Shown here: positions 43,938-54,537 of the stretch, in pieces
Position numbering within the stretch: position 1 is the stretch's first letter
Layout of the letters: every line of letters begins with the position of its first letter
NCBI GenBank assembly: GCA_937625935.1
Contig: OW569365.1
Location: 434,001 to 498,000 of the forward strand
Reading direction: 5' to 3'
DNA: 64,000 nucleotides
DNA from: Tetramitus jugosus
Lineage: Eukaryota; Protista; Heterolobosea
The notes under the pieces: generated by a model
Told to the model about the DNA's origin: nothing
What the model saw: only the letters and a program-made list of their open reading frames with translations
Database searches by the model: none
Translations under genes and position numbers: made by a program

Positions 43938-46900
43938 TTATTTGTTGTTGAGCTTCGTTGAGCAAATTAGCATCAACTTTTCGGATGGCTTATCATCGGG
44001 ATGGTCCTTCAAGAACTGTGCAAACTTTGCATTTGCTTCTTTGTAGTTGTTTACACGATAATCCTCGAATGCTTCTCTGTACAATACCCAAGGATCCCTT
44101 GATTGATTATTTGGGTTAATATCTTCTGCCCATGCATCTTGGGATTTGGCCTCACCCATCTCATACATCTCGACACCACCAAGTTCGAACATTGGACGCA
44201 TGACATATTGATCGGCCATCGCTTCATACATCTCCTTTGACACCAAAATTTCAGTTCCCCATTCGTAGTTTGCTTCACTGAACACACCAGAATGCTTGGC
44301 AGGCAGACCAACAACAGTAAATATCTTTGTACTATCAGAACCAATGTTACCATAGTAGGCAACACCTGAAGCAACACCAACGACAACATTCATGGTTGGC
44401 AATCCTCTGTTTGTCCAATCTGCATTCAATTTGGTCATCCGGGACCTGATGCTCTCGGCTGTTGTACATGCTCTATTCAAATGATCATTTTGCCTAATGA
44501 AGGAGTTCCAAACGACAACTGCCTTGGATGATGATATGGTCACAAATTGACCATTTGATTCTCTGATGGACTCCTTCAATTGAATCAAAACGTCCTTGGT
44601 TGTCTCGGAGATATCATTTGCTGAGTGTTGCTCAAGGATATCTGTTAGGTCAGGCAATGTAACTGTGAGTACAGTTACATGACCACTGGTCAGAGCAGAT
44701 TTAAGAGCTCTATTCACGATGCCCTGAGGTTCAATCACTCCCACCCCGATGGATCCTCCCTGGTTACTTGATGAAGTATCTCCCAATGAGGAGAGGTTTT
44801 CATTTGATTTGACAGATGTCATCCCTTGATCCTTTGGCCCGTGACCAAACTCAGCTTCGAGAACTGTGAGGATGTGATCTGGAATAAACTGTCTATATTG
44901 TTTCAATCTCTTCACCATCGCAGCGAATGATGTCTGTAATGCACTCATTTCAGTGAATCTGGAGGTATTCATCTTCAAGCTCTTCTCGACCTTTTCCAGT
45001 TGAAGAACCTTAATGTCATTAGCTTGTTGAATGAGAACTAATAGTGGATTCATGAAGAGTCTTGATGCAATAGCAGCTACCAATAAACTGACAACTAACA
45101 ACAGGAGAGTTACACCGATCATAACACCCAAACTCACATAAAACTGTCTGTAAAATCTTGACATTGGAACTGTTTGGAGTACGAGCCAGTCGAAGCCATA
45201 TTCATCACGAATACCACCGATGTTAATTGCTTGATAGCTTCCTTTGAATAGGTATTTATCGAACACATGGCCTTCTCCGATTTTTGGCATTGTGGATCCA
45301 CCATATCTGGATCGAGCAAACTTGAGCATTGTGGACAACTTCTTGTTCTCTCCAGTTGTTCCATCGTATCGAATAGCATTAAAGTTGTCTTGTTTGTACA
45401 GTGGAACTTCCTGATCGCTCACACCTATCAAGTATCCAGTTCTTCTCTCAATAATCACAATTAAACTATTATCATCCTGTGCCTTGGTGTACAAAAACTT
45501 GTTAATGGAATCAGTAGTGGCATCAACTGCAAAGAATCCAATAAAATCATTGGTGATTGGCTCTCTCCTAACGAATAGAAGTGTGATATACAGATATCCT
45601 GAGAAAATACCATTCACATAAGAATCAGTCCAAACAGTTGAGTTTGATTTCTTTGCATCATTCAAAAACACATAGGCATCAATGTCTTCTTGTCGAATAG
45701 GTGCTGTTGAATTGGGAAAGGTTAATGCTTCGCTCCAACTGGTATTACTGGTGTTTGGAACATCAATGAAGTAACTCAGATATGGATCATCATAAGCATC
45801 AGCAATCAATAACTGGTCTCCACCTCCTGCAATCACTCCAGATACAGCTCCATTAGCCAAACCACAATAAGTCGCAGAAAGCAAAGGAACTCGCTTGTAA
45901 TTGGCTTGATAAACTGTGTAACTGAATTCTAGAACCTGTAGTCTACTCGATATATTAAATCTACTATTCATTTGCGTATCAGCAGTAATACCGAGAGTAG
46001 TAATCTCATGAATACTCAACTTAATATGATTCACAACTTCTTCAAACGATCGAACTCTGATTTGCCTGGCATTGGCAGCAATATTGCTTGTGAAAAAGCC
46101 AATGGAGATGGCTGCAATCGCAACAATACATAAGAAAGCTATTGATGAAATAATGATCATCAACACTGTACTCAAACTGTTGCAGCATGCTGTTACTTTC
46201 CCTTGTTCTTTCTCTGCTTCCTCGCCTCTATTGGTGGCTTTCAGTGTTGCACCATAAGATGTTAAAAGAGTCATCATCTCCTTGTCCTTTGCATTCATTG
46301 CATAGTAAAGTGGGGTATTCATATGAGCATCTCCCTCGTCCACACTGACTTCCACACACTGACACAAGAATTGGACTAAATCCATTCTAGAATTCTTTAC
46401 TGCCAAAATCAACGGCGTGTCACCATCTCTGTCTGCACTGTTGAGCATAGACACAACTTGATTTGAGGTTAAATCTCCAATCGTTAAATTCTTAAAGATG
46501 ATGAGCAAATTATCAAATAAGCCATCTGCAGCTACAGTATGGACAATGTTTCGTCCCATTGTGTTCACACTGATCAACAACTTGGACAGTCCATTACCGG
46601 CATACTTGGACGAAATGTATTCTGAAACATCTGGATGGAGCAGAGCGCTGGATAAGATGTTCTCTTCATCATTGTTTCTTCGATGCACAGAAGCATTGCA
46701 CCTCTCTATCAAGAACTTGACAGCATGTAAGTCACCGTCTTGACACATTGTGTGTAGTACGGTTAATCCCTTGGTACCTCTGGCATGAACATCCAATCCA
46801 CCATGAGAGATCAACAACTCTGCAATCGAGTAATTCTTATTCTTGAGACACAGTAGAAGAGCACTCTTGTTGTACGCGTCCTTTGCGTTAATATTAACAG

Positions 46901-47723
46901 ACACTTGAGAGAGCAACCAACCCACAGCTTCTTCGCTATTGTGGGCACAAGCGTACAACAGAGGAGTGGATGATATGGAATCGACCACATTTAGATTGAT
47001 ATTTGGTCTATATCGGAACAAATAGTCCATGCATGAAACTTTGTTTCTTTGGGCCAGCAAGTGCATCAATGAACAGTCATGATACTCCTTATCTCTGACA
47101 TCTTCTAACCTGTAGCTCGAAGAGTGGGCCGATGCAGTCCGAGAAGATGTTTTTTCATGTGGATGAGGCACAGAGAGTTGAACCTCGTCAACCAATCCAG
47201 TACTTGTACTCAACAACGACTCTGCGCCATTGTCCATGCTTCCAATACTGACATTTTGACTTCGTTCCGATTCCTCTTGAGAAGCAATCCAATCTACGAC
47301 CAACAATTGCTCAAAGAGTTGCATCGATGTTTCATCTGAACCGTTCTTTGCTGCGAACAACAACTTTTCCTTGAAAGATTTCGCGTTCGTGTTCATTTCT
47401 TGAATCAGTTCATCCAAGGATCGTTGATCCTTCTCCGCGTCCTGGTTGACAGTAGTCTGGTGTATTTTACTTGAACTGGGTTGCAAGAGCTTGACATCCA
47501 TGTTCTTTGTCCATTGTTGAACAACAATAGGGAAGTCACTCCTGTTATTATTGTTCGTTGATTTCATGCGGTGGTTGCTGAATCGAGTGGGACTTGAGGA
47601 TCGGGTGGGACTCTGTGGTGGACTGGTATTAGTATAGTTGGCTTGTTGTTGACTTGACATGACGGCTTCCTTGTTGTTCTCATTCAGTTCAATCGCAACC
47701 TCTAGTTGAGTAGAAGTGACCAT
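43938..47723 (-). CDS. Ankyrin-repeat receptor-type class III cyclase homolog (Ank-TM-Cache-TM-HAMP-cyclase), catalytically degenerate
   Basis: About 7 ankyrin repeats (TPLLYAC, DGDTPLILAV, TPLYYA), two TM helices around a dCache-like region (WTDSY..FAVD), HAMP/S-helix (LKQYRQFIP), cyclase core VGVASG..YYGNIG. Confidence 0.82.
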   Translation of the reverse strand: MVTSTQLEVAIELNENNKEAVMSSQQQANYTNTSPPQSPTRSSSPTRFSNHRMKSTNNNNRSDFPIVVQQWTKNMDVKLLQPSSSKIHQTTVNQDAEKDQRSLDELIQEMNTNAKSFKEKLLFAAKNGSDETSMQLFEQLLVVDWIASQEESERSQNVSIGSMDNGAESLLSTSTGLVDEVQLSVPHPHEKTSSRTASAHSSSYRLEDVRDKEYHDCSLMHLLAQRNKVSCMDYLFRYRPNINLNVVDSISSTPLLYACAHNSEEAVGWLLSQVSVNINAKDAYNKSALLLCLKNKNYSIAELLISHGGLDVHARGTKGLTVLHTMCQDGDLHAVKFLIERCNASVHRRNNDEENILSSALLHPDVSEYISSKYAGNGLSKLLISVNTMGRNIVHTVAADGLFDNLLIIFKNLTIGDLTSNQVVSMLNSADRDGDTPLILAVKNSRMDLVQFLCQCVEVSVDEGDAHMNTPLYYAMNAKDKEMMTLLTSYGATLKATNRGEEAEKEQGKVTACCNSLSTVLMIIISSIAFLCIVAIAAISIGFFTSNIAANARQIRVRSFEEVVNHIKLSIHEITTLGITADTQMNSRFNISSRLQVLEFSYTVYQANYKRVPLLSATYCGLANGAVSGVIAGGGDQLLIADAYDDPYLSYFIDVPNTSNTSWSEALTFPNSTAPIRQEDIDAYVFLNDAKKSNSTVWTDSYVNGIFSGYLYITLLFVRREPITNDFIGFFAVDATTDSINKFLYTKAQDDNSLIVIIERRTGYLIGVSDQEVPLYKQDNFNAIRYDGTTGENKKLSTMLKFARSRYGGSTMPKIGEGHVFDKYLFKGSYQAINIGGIRDEYGFDWLVLQTVPMSRFYRQFYVSLGVMIGVTLLLLVVSLLVAAIASRLFMNPLLVLIQQANDIKVLQLEKVEKSLKMNTSRFTEMSALQTSFAAMVKRLKQYRQFIPDHILTVLEAEFGHGPKDQGMTSVKSNENLSSLGDTSSSNQGGSIGVGVIEPQGIVNRALKSALTSGHVTVLTVTLPDLTDILEQHSANDISETTKDVLIQLKESIRESNGQFVTISSSKAVVVWNSFIRQNDHLNRACTTAESIRSRMTKLNADWTNRGLPTMNVVVGVASGVAYYGNIGSDSTKIFTVVGLPAKHSGVFSEANYEWGTEILVSKEMYEAMADQYVMRPMFELGGVEMYEMGEAKSQDAWAEDINPNNQSRDPWVLYREAFEDYRVNNYKEANAKFAQFLKDHPDDKPSEKLMLICSTKLNNK

Positions 47724-48162
47724 GGTAGTCAATAAGGTAGTAGTTAAGTCTTTGGGTTGTTGTTATTGGTTTGGAATTTGGATGCTTTTGAAAAGTTTCT
47801 GCTTCACACAAAGAGGGCAGCCGTTGTCTTCTTCTCGCAATCTTTCACCGAAGCCTCACCACCTGTCACCTACACTTGGGTCATTAATGGAAGCGCTGAT
47901 TGAGTCTTCACTAGGAATTGGTCCCCACTATTCCCTTTACGCACGGAACCTATATGTCGCATCTTCAATGACAAAGGTTTCATCACATGTGATAGGAGAG
48001 ATTGGGGCGCGTAAGCACCTTTTGGGGAGAATGGTGCCCGACCGATTGGTCCTACGAATCTCACGTGTTTGTCAACCATCAGACGTCTGAGCTAAATTTT
48101 AAGCACTATTCCGATTTTTTCACTTTGCTGATTCCAAGAGGTGTGGGTGTGCTGTTTATTAA

Positions 48163-49005
48163 TTAGAAGGTGAAGCGGTAAGCAATGTACAGGAACAGCA
48201 CAATCAACAATGCTAAAACATAGTACATGTAGGGGAAGGAAAACTGGTACAATTCTCGCAAATGACTCAGATAATGGATAATCACCTTGCTGCTCAGCTT
48301 ACTGTATCCAAACAATCTGACACCAAACGCAAATGGAACTTCTTTGTGCTTCTTGATACCTGCTTTCACATACAGCTCAAGAGCAATCTTGAATCCAATA
48401 GGATTGACACCAGTTCTCTTTGCCCTTTCATAGGCTTCCCTTGTGATTGCAAAGAAGCCACTCATGGGGTCAGAGAGCGGAGTCAACGGGCGAGCCATGA
48501 GACGAGCAGTCTTGGAGATAAATCTACGGTATGCAGGCCAATTTTTGTCGACGCTCATTTCTCCGCTTCCGTACCTTGTACCCAACACGAATTCTGCGGG
48601 AGAGGAAGCAGCCGAAGCCAAGTTCACACCGATCAATGCACGGAACATTGCGGGGACAGCCTCTGGTGGATGCTGCAAATCAGCGTCCATACACATTAGA
48701 TAGGTTCCCTTTGCCTCATCAAATCCGCGCAAAACAGCACTGCTCAGACCTCTGTCGGTCTTTCGGACAATAATGCGGGCATTTAGAGTTTTACCGACTT
48801 CATTCACGACTTCTTCGCTTCCGTCTTGTGAGTTGTCATCAACGACGATCACTTCAGTGTTGTTGACCGTGAGTGAAGAAGGTTGTTGCTTGTTGCCTTG
48901 TTCACTTTCGATCGCAGCAAAAATTCTTGTAATGAGTTCCTTTAGATTTCCACATTCCTTGTACGTAGGAATAATGATGGAGGCAAGAGTGGTGTTGTTG
49001 GACAT
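48163..49005 (-). CDS. DPM1: Dolichol-phosphate mannosyltransferase with C-terminal TM anchor
   Basis: IIPTYKE, VVDDNSQDGS, RGLSSAV, MDADLQHPPE, DPMSGFF, GFKIALE. Confidence 0.9.
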   Translation of the reverse strand: MSNNTTLASIIIPTYKECGNLKELITRIFAAIESEQGNKQQPSSLTVNNTEVIVVDDNSQDGSEEVVNEVGKTLNARIIVRKTDRGLSSAVLRGFDEAKGTYLMCMDADLQHPPEAVPAMFRALIGVNLASAASSPAEFVLGTRYGSGEMSVDKNWPAYRRFISKTARLMARPLTPLSDPMSGFFAITREAYERAKRTGVNPIGFKIALELYVKAGIKKHKEVPFAFGVRLFGYSKLSSKVIIHYLSHLRELYQFSFPYMYYVLALLIVLFLYIAYRFTF

Positions 49006-49216
49006 TGTGATTCTACGATGCTTGAGAATGATTTATGATCAAACGTCCACAATCCGAGAGATGAAGGGAAGAGAACAGTTGGTTGGTGATGTCGTTTTGT
49101 GGACCCACCAAAAAAGAAATCAAGCTTGGGAATTGTCCGACAAAAAGGAAAATTTACAGAAAAAGTAGTGTACAATACCACCAATGACTGATGATGTGTT
49201 CTTGTTGTTTGGTTTG

Positions 49217-50524
49217 CTAAGCTCTGAAGTGATCTTTGAGTGTTTGAGTTTGGTTTAGATTTTCAACTTCGCCACCCTTGCCATTTGTAGCTTTCAGGTG
49301 CTCGGCTACACTCTTCTTCATTGCTGCATGCAGTCCAGTACCTCTGTTTTTCAATGTCATGTTCCATAGCCATAGAGGAATGGATCCCTTCATGTCCAAC
49401 CAACCGAACTCTGTGTATCTTGTCTTGGTATTTTCATGGTTATACTGCTCATAAATGTAACATCCGACCATTTCTGCTTTGATGCAAGTATTGGTCTTTT
49501 GCTTCTTAGTTTTTTGAACCGTTTGGTCTGATCCGTCGATACAATCATTCCACGGAATAGATTTTCTGCAGAGAATGTATCGCTTGAAGTTCTGAGGTTG
49601 AACATTTTCAGTTACGAGTGTGCAAGAAGCAACGAACTCTCGGTCTGAGATCAATGGTATGCTGTATCGTTCTCTGACGATAGATACAGCATAGGGATGC
49701 TCAACTGAACCAGGAATATAAGCGAGATTCTCACACACTTTTAGCATCTCATCATTCAGCTTGTACTTCTTAGCTGTGGCTGCTTGGAGGCAGATATCAA
49801 CAGGAGCATCTATAATACCTACTACCTTGCACAGTAAGCCCTTTCTGGAGTCTTTCATCACACTCACTGGTTTCTTGGTCACAAATGATTGGAACTCGGG
49901 TTTTGATAGAACCTTGTGCCAAGTGATATTTCCAATTTTCTTCTCAGAGATGGACCACTCCTTGATCAGTTTAATTTCATCATCAGAAAAGTGAGGAGAT
50001 GATGGATCAATGCTGCTAATGGATGTACTTGTAATTTCATCAAATGAATTTGAGTCGCTGTCCAAATCACTAGTTGCATCTGTCGTGCTTCCAGTCTTGA
50101 AGGCCTGTGTTGGTGTCGATGGGGAAGTTGGGGTTGAACTCATGGTTCTTTGCGCCAATTGGAATCGAGGCCAAACATCTTCTTTGAGCTCTAGCATCAC
50201 TCCCGCACAACACGATTCAAACAAGGTCTTTGGACAGTAAGTTGCGGAGCAAGAGGTCTTAAATTGGTTCAAGGTATTATCTCTAGTGCTCTGGGAAATG
50301 TTGAGTTCATTCTTGGAGCGCGGCTCGATAAACAAGCGCATTATGTCCTTGGCGCAGTCAAAACGATTGTGGTGAGACTTCATTCTCTCATAGTTCTCCA
50401 CAGTTTCAATGAACAAGAGTGGGTCTTCATTGAGAGTTTGGACAAGAAACTTGCGAAAGGAAGCTCGACTCTGTTCATTGTCTATTATGTCTTCCAACGT
50501 CAAATCAGCATAACTTTGCGACAT
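49217..50524 (-). CDS. RGS plus START domain protein
   Basis: LEDII...FRKFL...NEDPLLFI, FIEPRSKNELNIS, LKEDVWPRF; START motifs SDREFV and DMKGSIPLWLWN. Confidence 0.85.
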   Translation of the reverse strand: MSQSYADLTLEDIIDNEQSRASFRKFLVQTLNEDPLLFIETVENYERMKSHHNRFDCAKDIMRLFIEPRSKNELNISQSTRDNTLNQFKTSCSATYCPKTLFESCCAGVMLELKEDVWPRFQLAQRTMSSTPTSPSTPTQAFKTGSTTDATSDLDSDSNSFDEITSTSISSIDPSSPHFSDDEIKLIKEWSISEKKIGNITWHKVLSKPEFQSFVTKKPVSVMKDSRKGLLCKVVGIIDAPVDICLQAATAKKYKLNDEMLKVCENLAYIPGSVEHPYAVSIVRERYSIPLISDREFVASCTLVTENVQPQNFKRYILCRKSIPWNDCIDGSDQTVQKTKKQKTNTCIKAEMVGCYIYEQYNHENTKTRYTEFGWLDMKGSIPLWLWNMTLKNRGTGLHAAMKKSVAEHLKATNGKGGEVENLNQTQTLKDHFRA

Positions 50525-50884
50525 TTTAGCTCTAAGAAGGGCGGTTCTGATACTTGGGGTTCGTCTTCGTTGTTTGTTCAGTGAGATTTGAAACTTTCTA
50601 TGTTATAGGAAAGACGACTTGTCACTTGGTGTCAATCGCTCACATTCTAAACAGGAGAAGGGATACGTTTCGGGCAAGCAAAACCCGCTCACATCTTCTT
50701 TCGGTCGAACTGGTCGGATTTTCTTCATGAATTCTAATGGTAAAACGAATGGACCGATCAACGCCTGTCAATCAGACATGACATTTCAAAAAAAAATAGC
50801 TGAACCATCAACAACACCTCATAAAAACTCAAATTTGTAATTTTTATAACCAATCTTCCAACCCCCACCAACGATTGATTGAAC

Positions 50885-52936
50885 ATGGCAGCATCAGCAA
50901 CCACTTGTGCAACCGCTCTCTATGATTTCAATGCCGTAGAGCCTGATGAACTTTCCATAAAGTTAGGTCAAACACTGCTCATTCTCATTCAGAGAGACGA
51001 TGGTTGGTGTCAGTGCTACAACGAATCACTGCATCAATCTGGATTGGTACCCACCAATTATTTGAAGATCACACCTTCATCTTCTTCACCAAGGACACCA
51101 TCACCAAGAATACCGTCGTCACCAAGGAATAATGTCTCATCACCATCATCATCACCAAGAGCCAATCATCATCCAACGGCAGCGACTCAACAACAACCTT
51201 CTACTGTTCCCAATCTAAAACCTTCTGTAAATAATAATAATAATAATAATGATAGTGCTAATGTTAGTGCTACTGGTGGAGATGGCAGTAGTAATAGTAC
51301 AATTGTAAAGGGTACTCGCTCAGGATCAGTCATGGCATTACAAAAAAGGTTGATGGAAAGTCTAGAATTGAATCGATTGAACAACAATAGTAATAATAAT
51401 AGTAATAATAGTAACAATAGTAGTAGTATGAGTAATGTAGCGCGACCATTTGCTACACCTCCATCTCCAATATCATCTGCCACTTCTTCATCGACATCGG
51501 CAGCATCGTCATCGACAAACAACAATCAATTGCTCAATAGAGCAGGTGTAAGCAGGGTATCACCTAGAGCGAACAACACGGATGATAGTGCACAAGTCAA
51601 TCCTCATCGCAAACCCGTTCCCACGATACCAAAAATTAGTTTGAAACCGACCATTGCAACAGCTACAACAGCGACGACATTGACAACAGTTGCCAGAAAT
51701 GATAGAGCTCACATTGAACCTCCTTTGGACAACTCCGCTGCTGCGAATCGTACGATTCATTTCGCGCTCGAAAAACAACAATTGGAAAGCTCGAATATGA
51801 TTACGCTAAAAAAGAAGCAAGTGAAGCGAAATCAGCTGAGACATGAGATTTTAACAACGGAAAAGAGCTATGTCAAGGGATTGATCATTCTGAGGGACAA
51901 GTTCTCGAAACCAATCAAGGAACAAGGTCTCATGTCCGATGTAGCGTACAACAAGGTTTTCCCATCTGAACTCTGTATTATTACCAATGTCAACACTCAA
52001 TTCTTGCAGTATTTGGAAAGAATTTTGAGTGATACATCGTCAATGGTTATTGATATGGATCAATTTAAGCTCATGGCGACACCTAGAGCCAGATCCAACT
52101 CGAACAACTACAAGAGTCAATCGACTCAATTGGCCAAGTTATTACTCCAATATGCTCACTCCTTTAAGTTGTACAGTGACTATATTAATAAGTATCCATC
52201 GATTGCCGGTGCTCTACGAGAGGAGTTGGCCACAAATACCAAATTAGCATCATTTTTGCAAAAGCAAAAGAATCACTTGCTAAATAGTGGAGAGAGAGCT
52301 GGTGCCATATTAGATTATGCTATTACACCTGTTCAACGATTACCTCGATATCGATTGTTGTTTGATGAGTTACTTCAAAACACTGAAGTAGATCACGAGT
52401 CATATCAGATGCTCCAACAAGCTTGTCAGTTCATTCGACAGATTGCAGAATTTTGTAACGAAAAGGGAAAAGACCCAGACCAGCAAAAGACTCTGCTTCA
52501 TGTCGCCAATAGATTGAATAATCGAGATTTTGTGCAACCCAATCGAAAGGTTCTCCTTTCGTTGGTTGATCAAACAATTGTCAGATACATGAAAAAGGAT
52601 GTTGCATGTGAATGTGATCTTTTTGTTGCCTCTGATTCCTTTGTCATTTTCCTGAAACAAGATCAGCCATTGCCAAGCAGTGGTGGACTTATTGGAAAAA
52701 AAGTGACCAGTACAAAGCCTGACGAGCAGAGCATTATTCAACTATTGAAGGATAAAAATGGTTCCATCGAATCTGTTGGCATATCCAAGTCGTACGTGAA
52801 CTTGGAAATATGTATATTAGTAATTGAGGTCAAGTACAGTGACAAGTCGAGGAAAGCCGACATTCATTGTCTGTATTGCACTAGCATGGACAGTTTGAGG
52901 AGCATTGAGTCGACCATTCGAAAGATAGTTGCCTGA
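50885..52936 (+). CDS. SH3-RhoGEF (DH with degenerate PH) protein
   Basis: ALYDF...ELSI...DGW...GLVPTNYL; EILTTEKSYVKGL, FKLYSDYINKY, PVQRLPRYRLL. Confidence 0.9.
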   Translation: MAASATTCATALYDFNAVEPDELSIKLGQTLLILIQRDDGWCQCYNESLHQSGLVPTNYLKITPSSSSPRTPSPRIPSSPRNNVSSPSSSPRANHHPTAATQQQPSTVPNLKPSVNNNNNNNDSANVSATGGDGSSNSTIVKGTRSGSVMALQKRLMESLELNRLNNNSNNNSNNSNNSSSMSNVARPFATPPSPISSATSSSTSAASSSTNNNQLLNRAGVSRVSPRANNTDDSAQVNPHRKPVPTIPKISLKPTIATATTATTLTTVARNDRAHIEPPLDNSAAANRTIHFALEKQQLESSNMITLKKKQVKRNQLRHEILTTEKSYVKGLIILRDKFSKPIKEQGLMSDVAYNKVFPSELCIITNVNTQFLQYLERILSDTSSMVIDMDQFKLMATPRARSNSNNYKSQSTQLAKLLLQYAHSFKLYSDYINKYPSIAGALREELATNTKLASFLQKQKNHLLNSGERAGAILDYAITPVQRLPRYRLLFDELLQNTEVDHESYQMLQQACQFIRQIAEFCNEKGKDPDQQKTLLHVANRLNNRDFVQPNRKVLLSLVDQTIVRYMKKDVACECDLFVASDSFVIFLKQDQPLPSSGGLIGKKVTSTKPDEQSIIQLLKDKNGSIESVGISKSYVNLEICILVIEVKYSDKSRKADIHCLYCTSMDSLRSIESTIRKIVA

Positions 52937-53081
52937 GATTGCGTCACTGTTGGTTGCCCAAGGGAATAAAATGTAATTCAGAATTGCCTTGCAAAATATC
53001 AGGGTTCACACCAACTTTTGTTCCCAAAATATGAGCTTCTTTTATTGGTTACTTAACTTGGCCACCATTCACAATAAGGAC

Positions 53082-53810
53082 TTATCCAAAATACTTGAGG
53101 CATGTAGCATTGCACAAATGTTCGGTCCACTTGGCAATTGGACATCTAAATCGATTCTTGGACAAGTTACAGCCTGCCAAGAATGGAGCTGGCATGAGCA
53201 GATTTTGTGGAAGGGCAGTGAGTTGATTGTTACTCAAGTCCAAATATCTCAAATTGAATTTTGAGTACAAATCAGACAAAGAATTTGGGATTGCACCAGA
53301 GAATGAATTGCCAGCCAAGTTCAGTTGATTGAGTCTTGGAAGTTGAGTCACTTGAACTGGGAAGTCACCAGAGAAGAGATTGGCAGACAAATCCAATAAA
53401 TACAAGTTTTGCAACAAGTTGAAGGATTTTGGCAAGCTCTTGAGTGAGTTGGATTTCAATTGCAAATTGGTCAACAATTTCAAAGATCCAAAGCTCTCTG
53501 GAATGGCACCCTGCAGGTTATTCATGGAGAGATCAAGAACATCCAATCTTGTCAAGTTTCCAATCGAGGCTGGAAGTTGACCACGCAAGTTATTGTTTGG
53601 TAATTTCAAATCGGTGACATAGGAATAAGCGTCACAAGAGACACCATTCCACTGACAATAATTACTGTTCTGGAGCCAGTTGCCTCTGCTTTTCCAATCA
53701 AAACCGTCAGTTTGCTCAAACAACTCTGTGAGTGCAGCAAATTGACTATCAATTGCAAAAGCAGAATGAAGGAACAAGCAGATGAACAAGGATAGGATGA
53801 TAATCTTCAT
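53082..53810 (-). CDS. Secreted plant-type leucine-rich repeat protein
   Basis: Signal peptide, LRRNT cap (W..NYCQWNGVSC), LxxLxLxxNxLxGxIP repeats, C-terminal Cys cap. No TM helix. Confidence 0.88.
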   Translation of the reverse strand: MKIIILSLFICLFLHSAFAIDSQFAALTELFEQTDGFDWKSRGNWLQNSNYCQWNGVSCDAYSYVTDLKLPNNNLRGQLPASIGNLTRLDVLDLSMNNLQGAIPESFGSLKLLTNLQLKSNSLKSLPKSFNLLQNLYLLDLSANLFSGDFPVQVTQLPRLNQLNLAGNSFSGAIPNSLSDLYSKFNLRYLDLSNNQLTALPQNLLMPAPFLAGCNLSKNRFRCPIAKWTEHLCNATCLKYFG

Positions 53811-54260
53811 TGTTGTGTGTTGTTTTTATAGTGAAACTCTGTGCTGCGCAGTGTGGAAGATAGTTTCCGAGAAATCCCAGAAACGTCGGACATGGGAGAA
53901 CAACATTGTAGTTCATTGAGCGGAGAAACGGTAAAAATTTGGATAAATTCCCCTAGTGTCATCTGTCTCCTCGTTTGGTCCAAAGGGTCAAGCAGTAACG
54001 TTCCTACTGTAGTTGTTGAAGAAGCTGAATAATCTCCATCATTTTGAGTCATTCCATTCTCCATCTGATATCTAGTGTTGGAGTTCGCAGCGACTGCTGC
54101 AATGACAAAGATGACAATAATTGTTCAAGCAATGATCAACAATTTGGCAGATGCTTTGTTCTGGCATTGTGAACCGGGGTATCTATCAGCACAAACACAG
54201 GAGCCATGTCCAGAACATACTACATCATCGAATGCCTCGTTGCAAAAGGATACAGCGTAT
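53807..54260 (-). pseudogene. Decayed EGF-TM gene fragment
   Basis: Minus frame reads CNEAFDDVVCSGHGSCVCADRYPGSQCQ...LLIIA*TIIVIFVIAAVAA (TGA at 54127-54125) and continues into the 54064-53807 ORF. Several stops lie upstream. Confidence 0.55.
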
Positions 54261-54428
54261 TTACTGATGAATGTAGCATACTTGCTAGACATCATGATTT
54301 GTAACTCAGCAAAAAGATTACCTCTCTTGGATGAAGCAAACTGGTATCTATTCCTGGATACATCCTATGTGCAGTGGCAGCCATTCATGAACCTACATTA
54401 TGGGACACTACTATTCTCCGAGAGGATC

Positions 54429-54487
54429 TTCTTAAAAGGAAAGAATTGACTGTAGGTGCGATATCGTCAATTCTTTCCTTTTAAGAA
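54429..54487. repeat. Perfect 22-bp inverted repeat with 15-nt loop
   Basis: TTCTTAAAAGGAAAGAATTGAC-tgtaggtgcgatatc-GTCAATTCTTTCCTTTTAAGAA. Confidence 0.92.
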
Positions 54488-54537
54488 ACTTCCCATCAGA
54501 TTCAAGAAAAAAGAGAAGTTAAAAAAATAGAAAGAGA

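Noticed and set aside
54075-54449. Plus-strand 124-aa ORF
   Set aside because: Antisense shadow of the EGF-TM relic, with a GTG start and no motifs.
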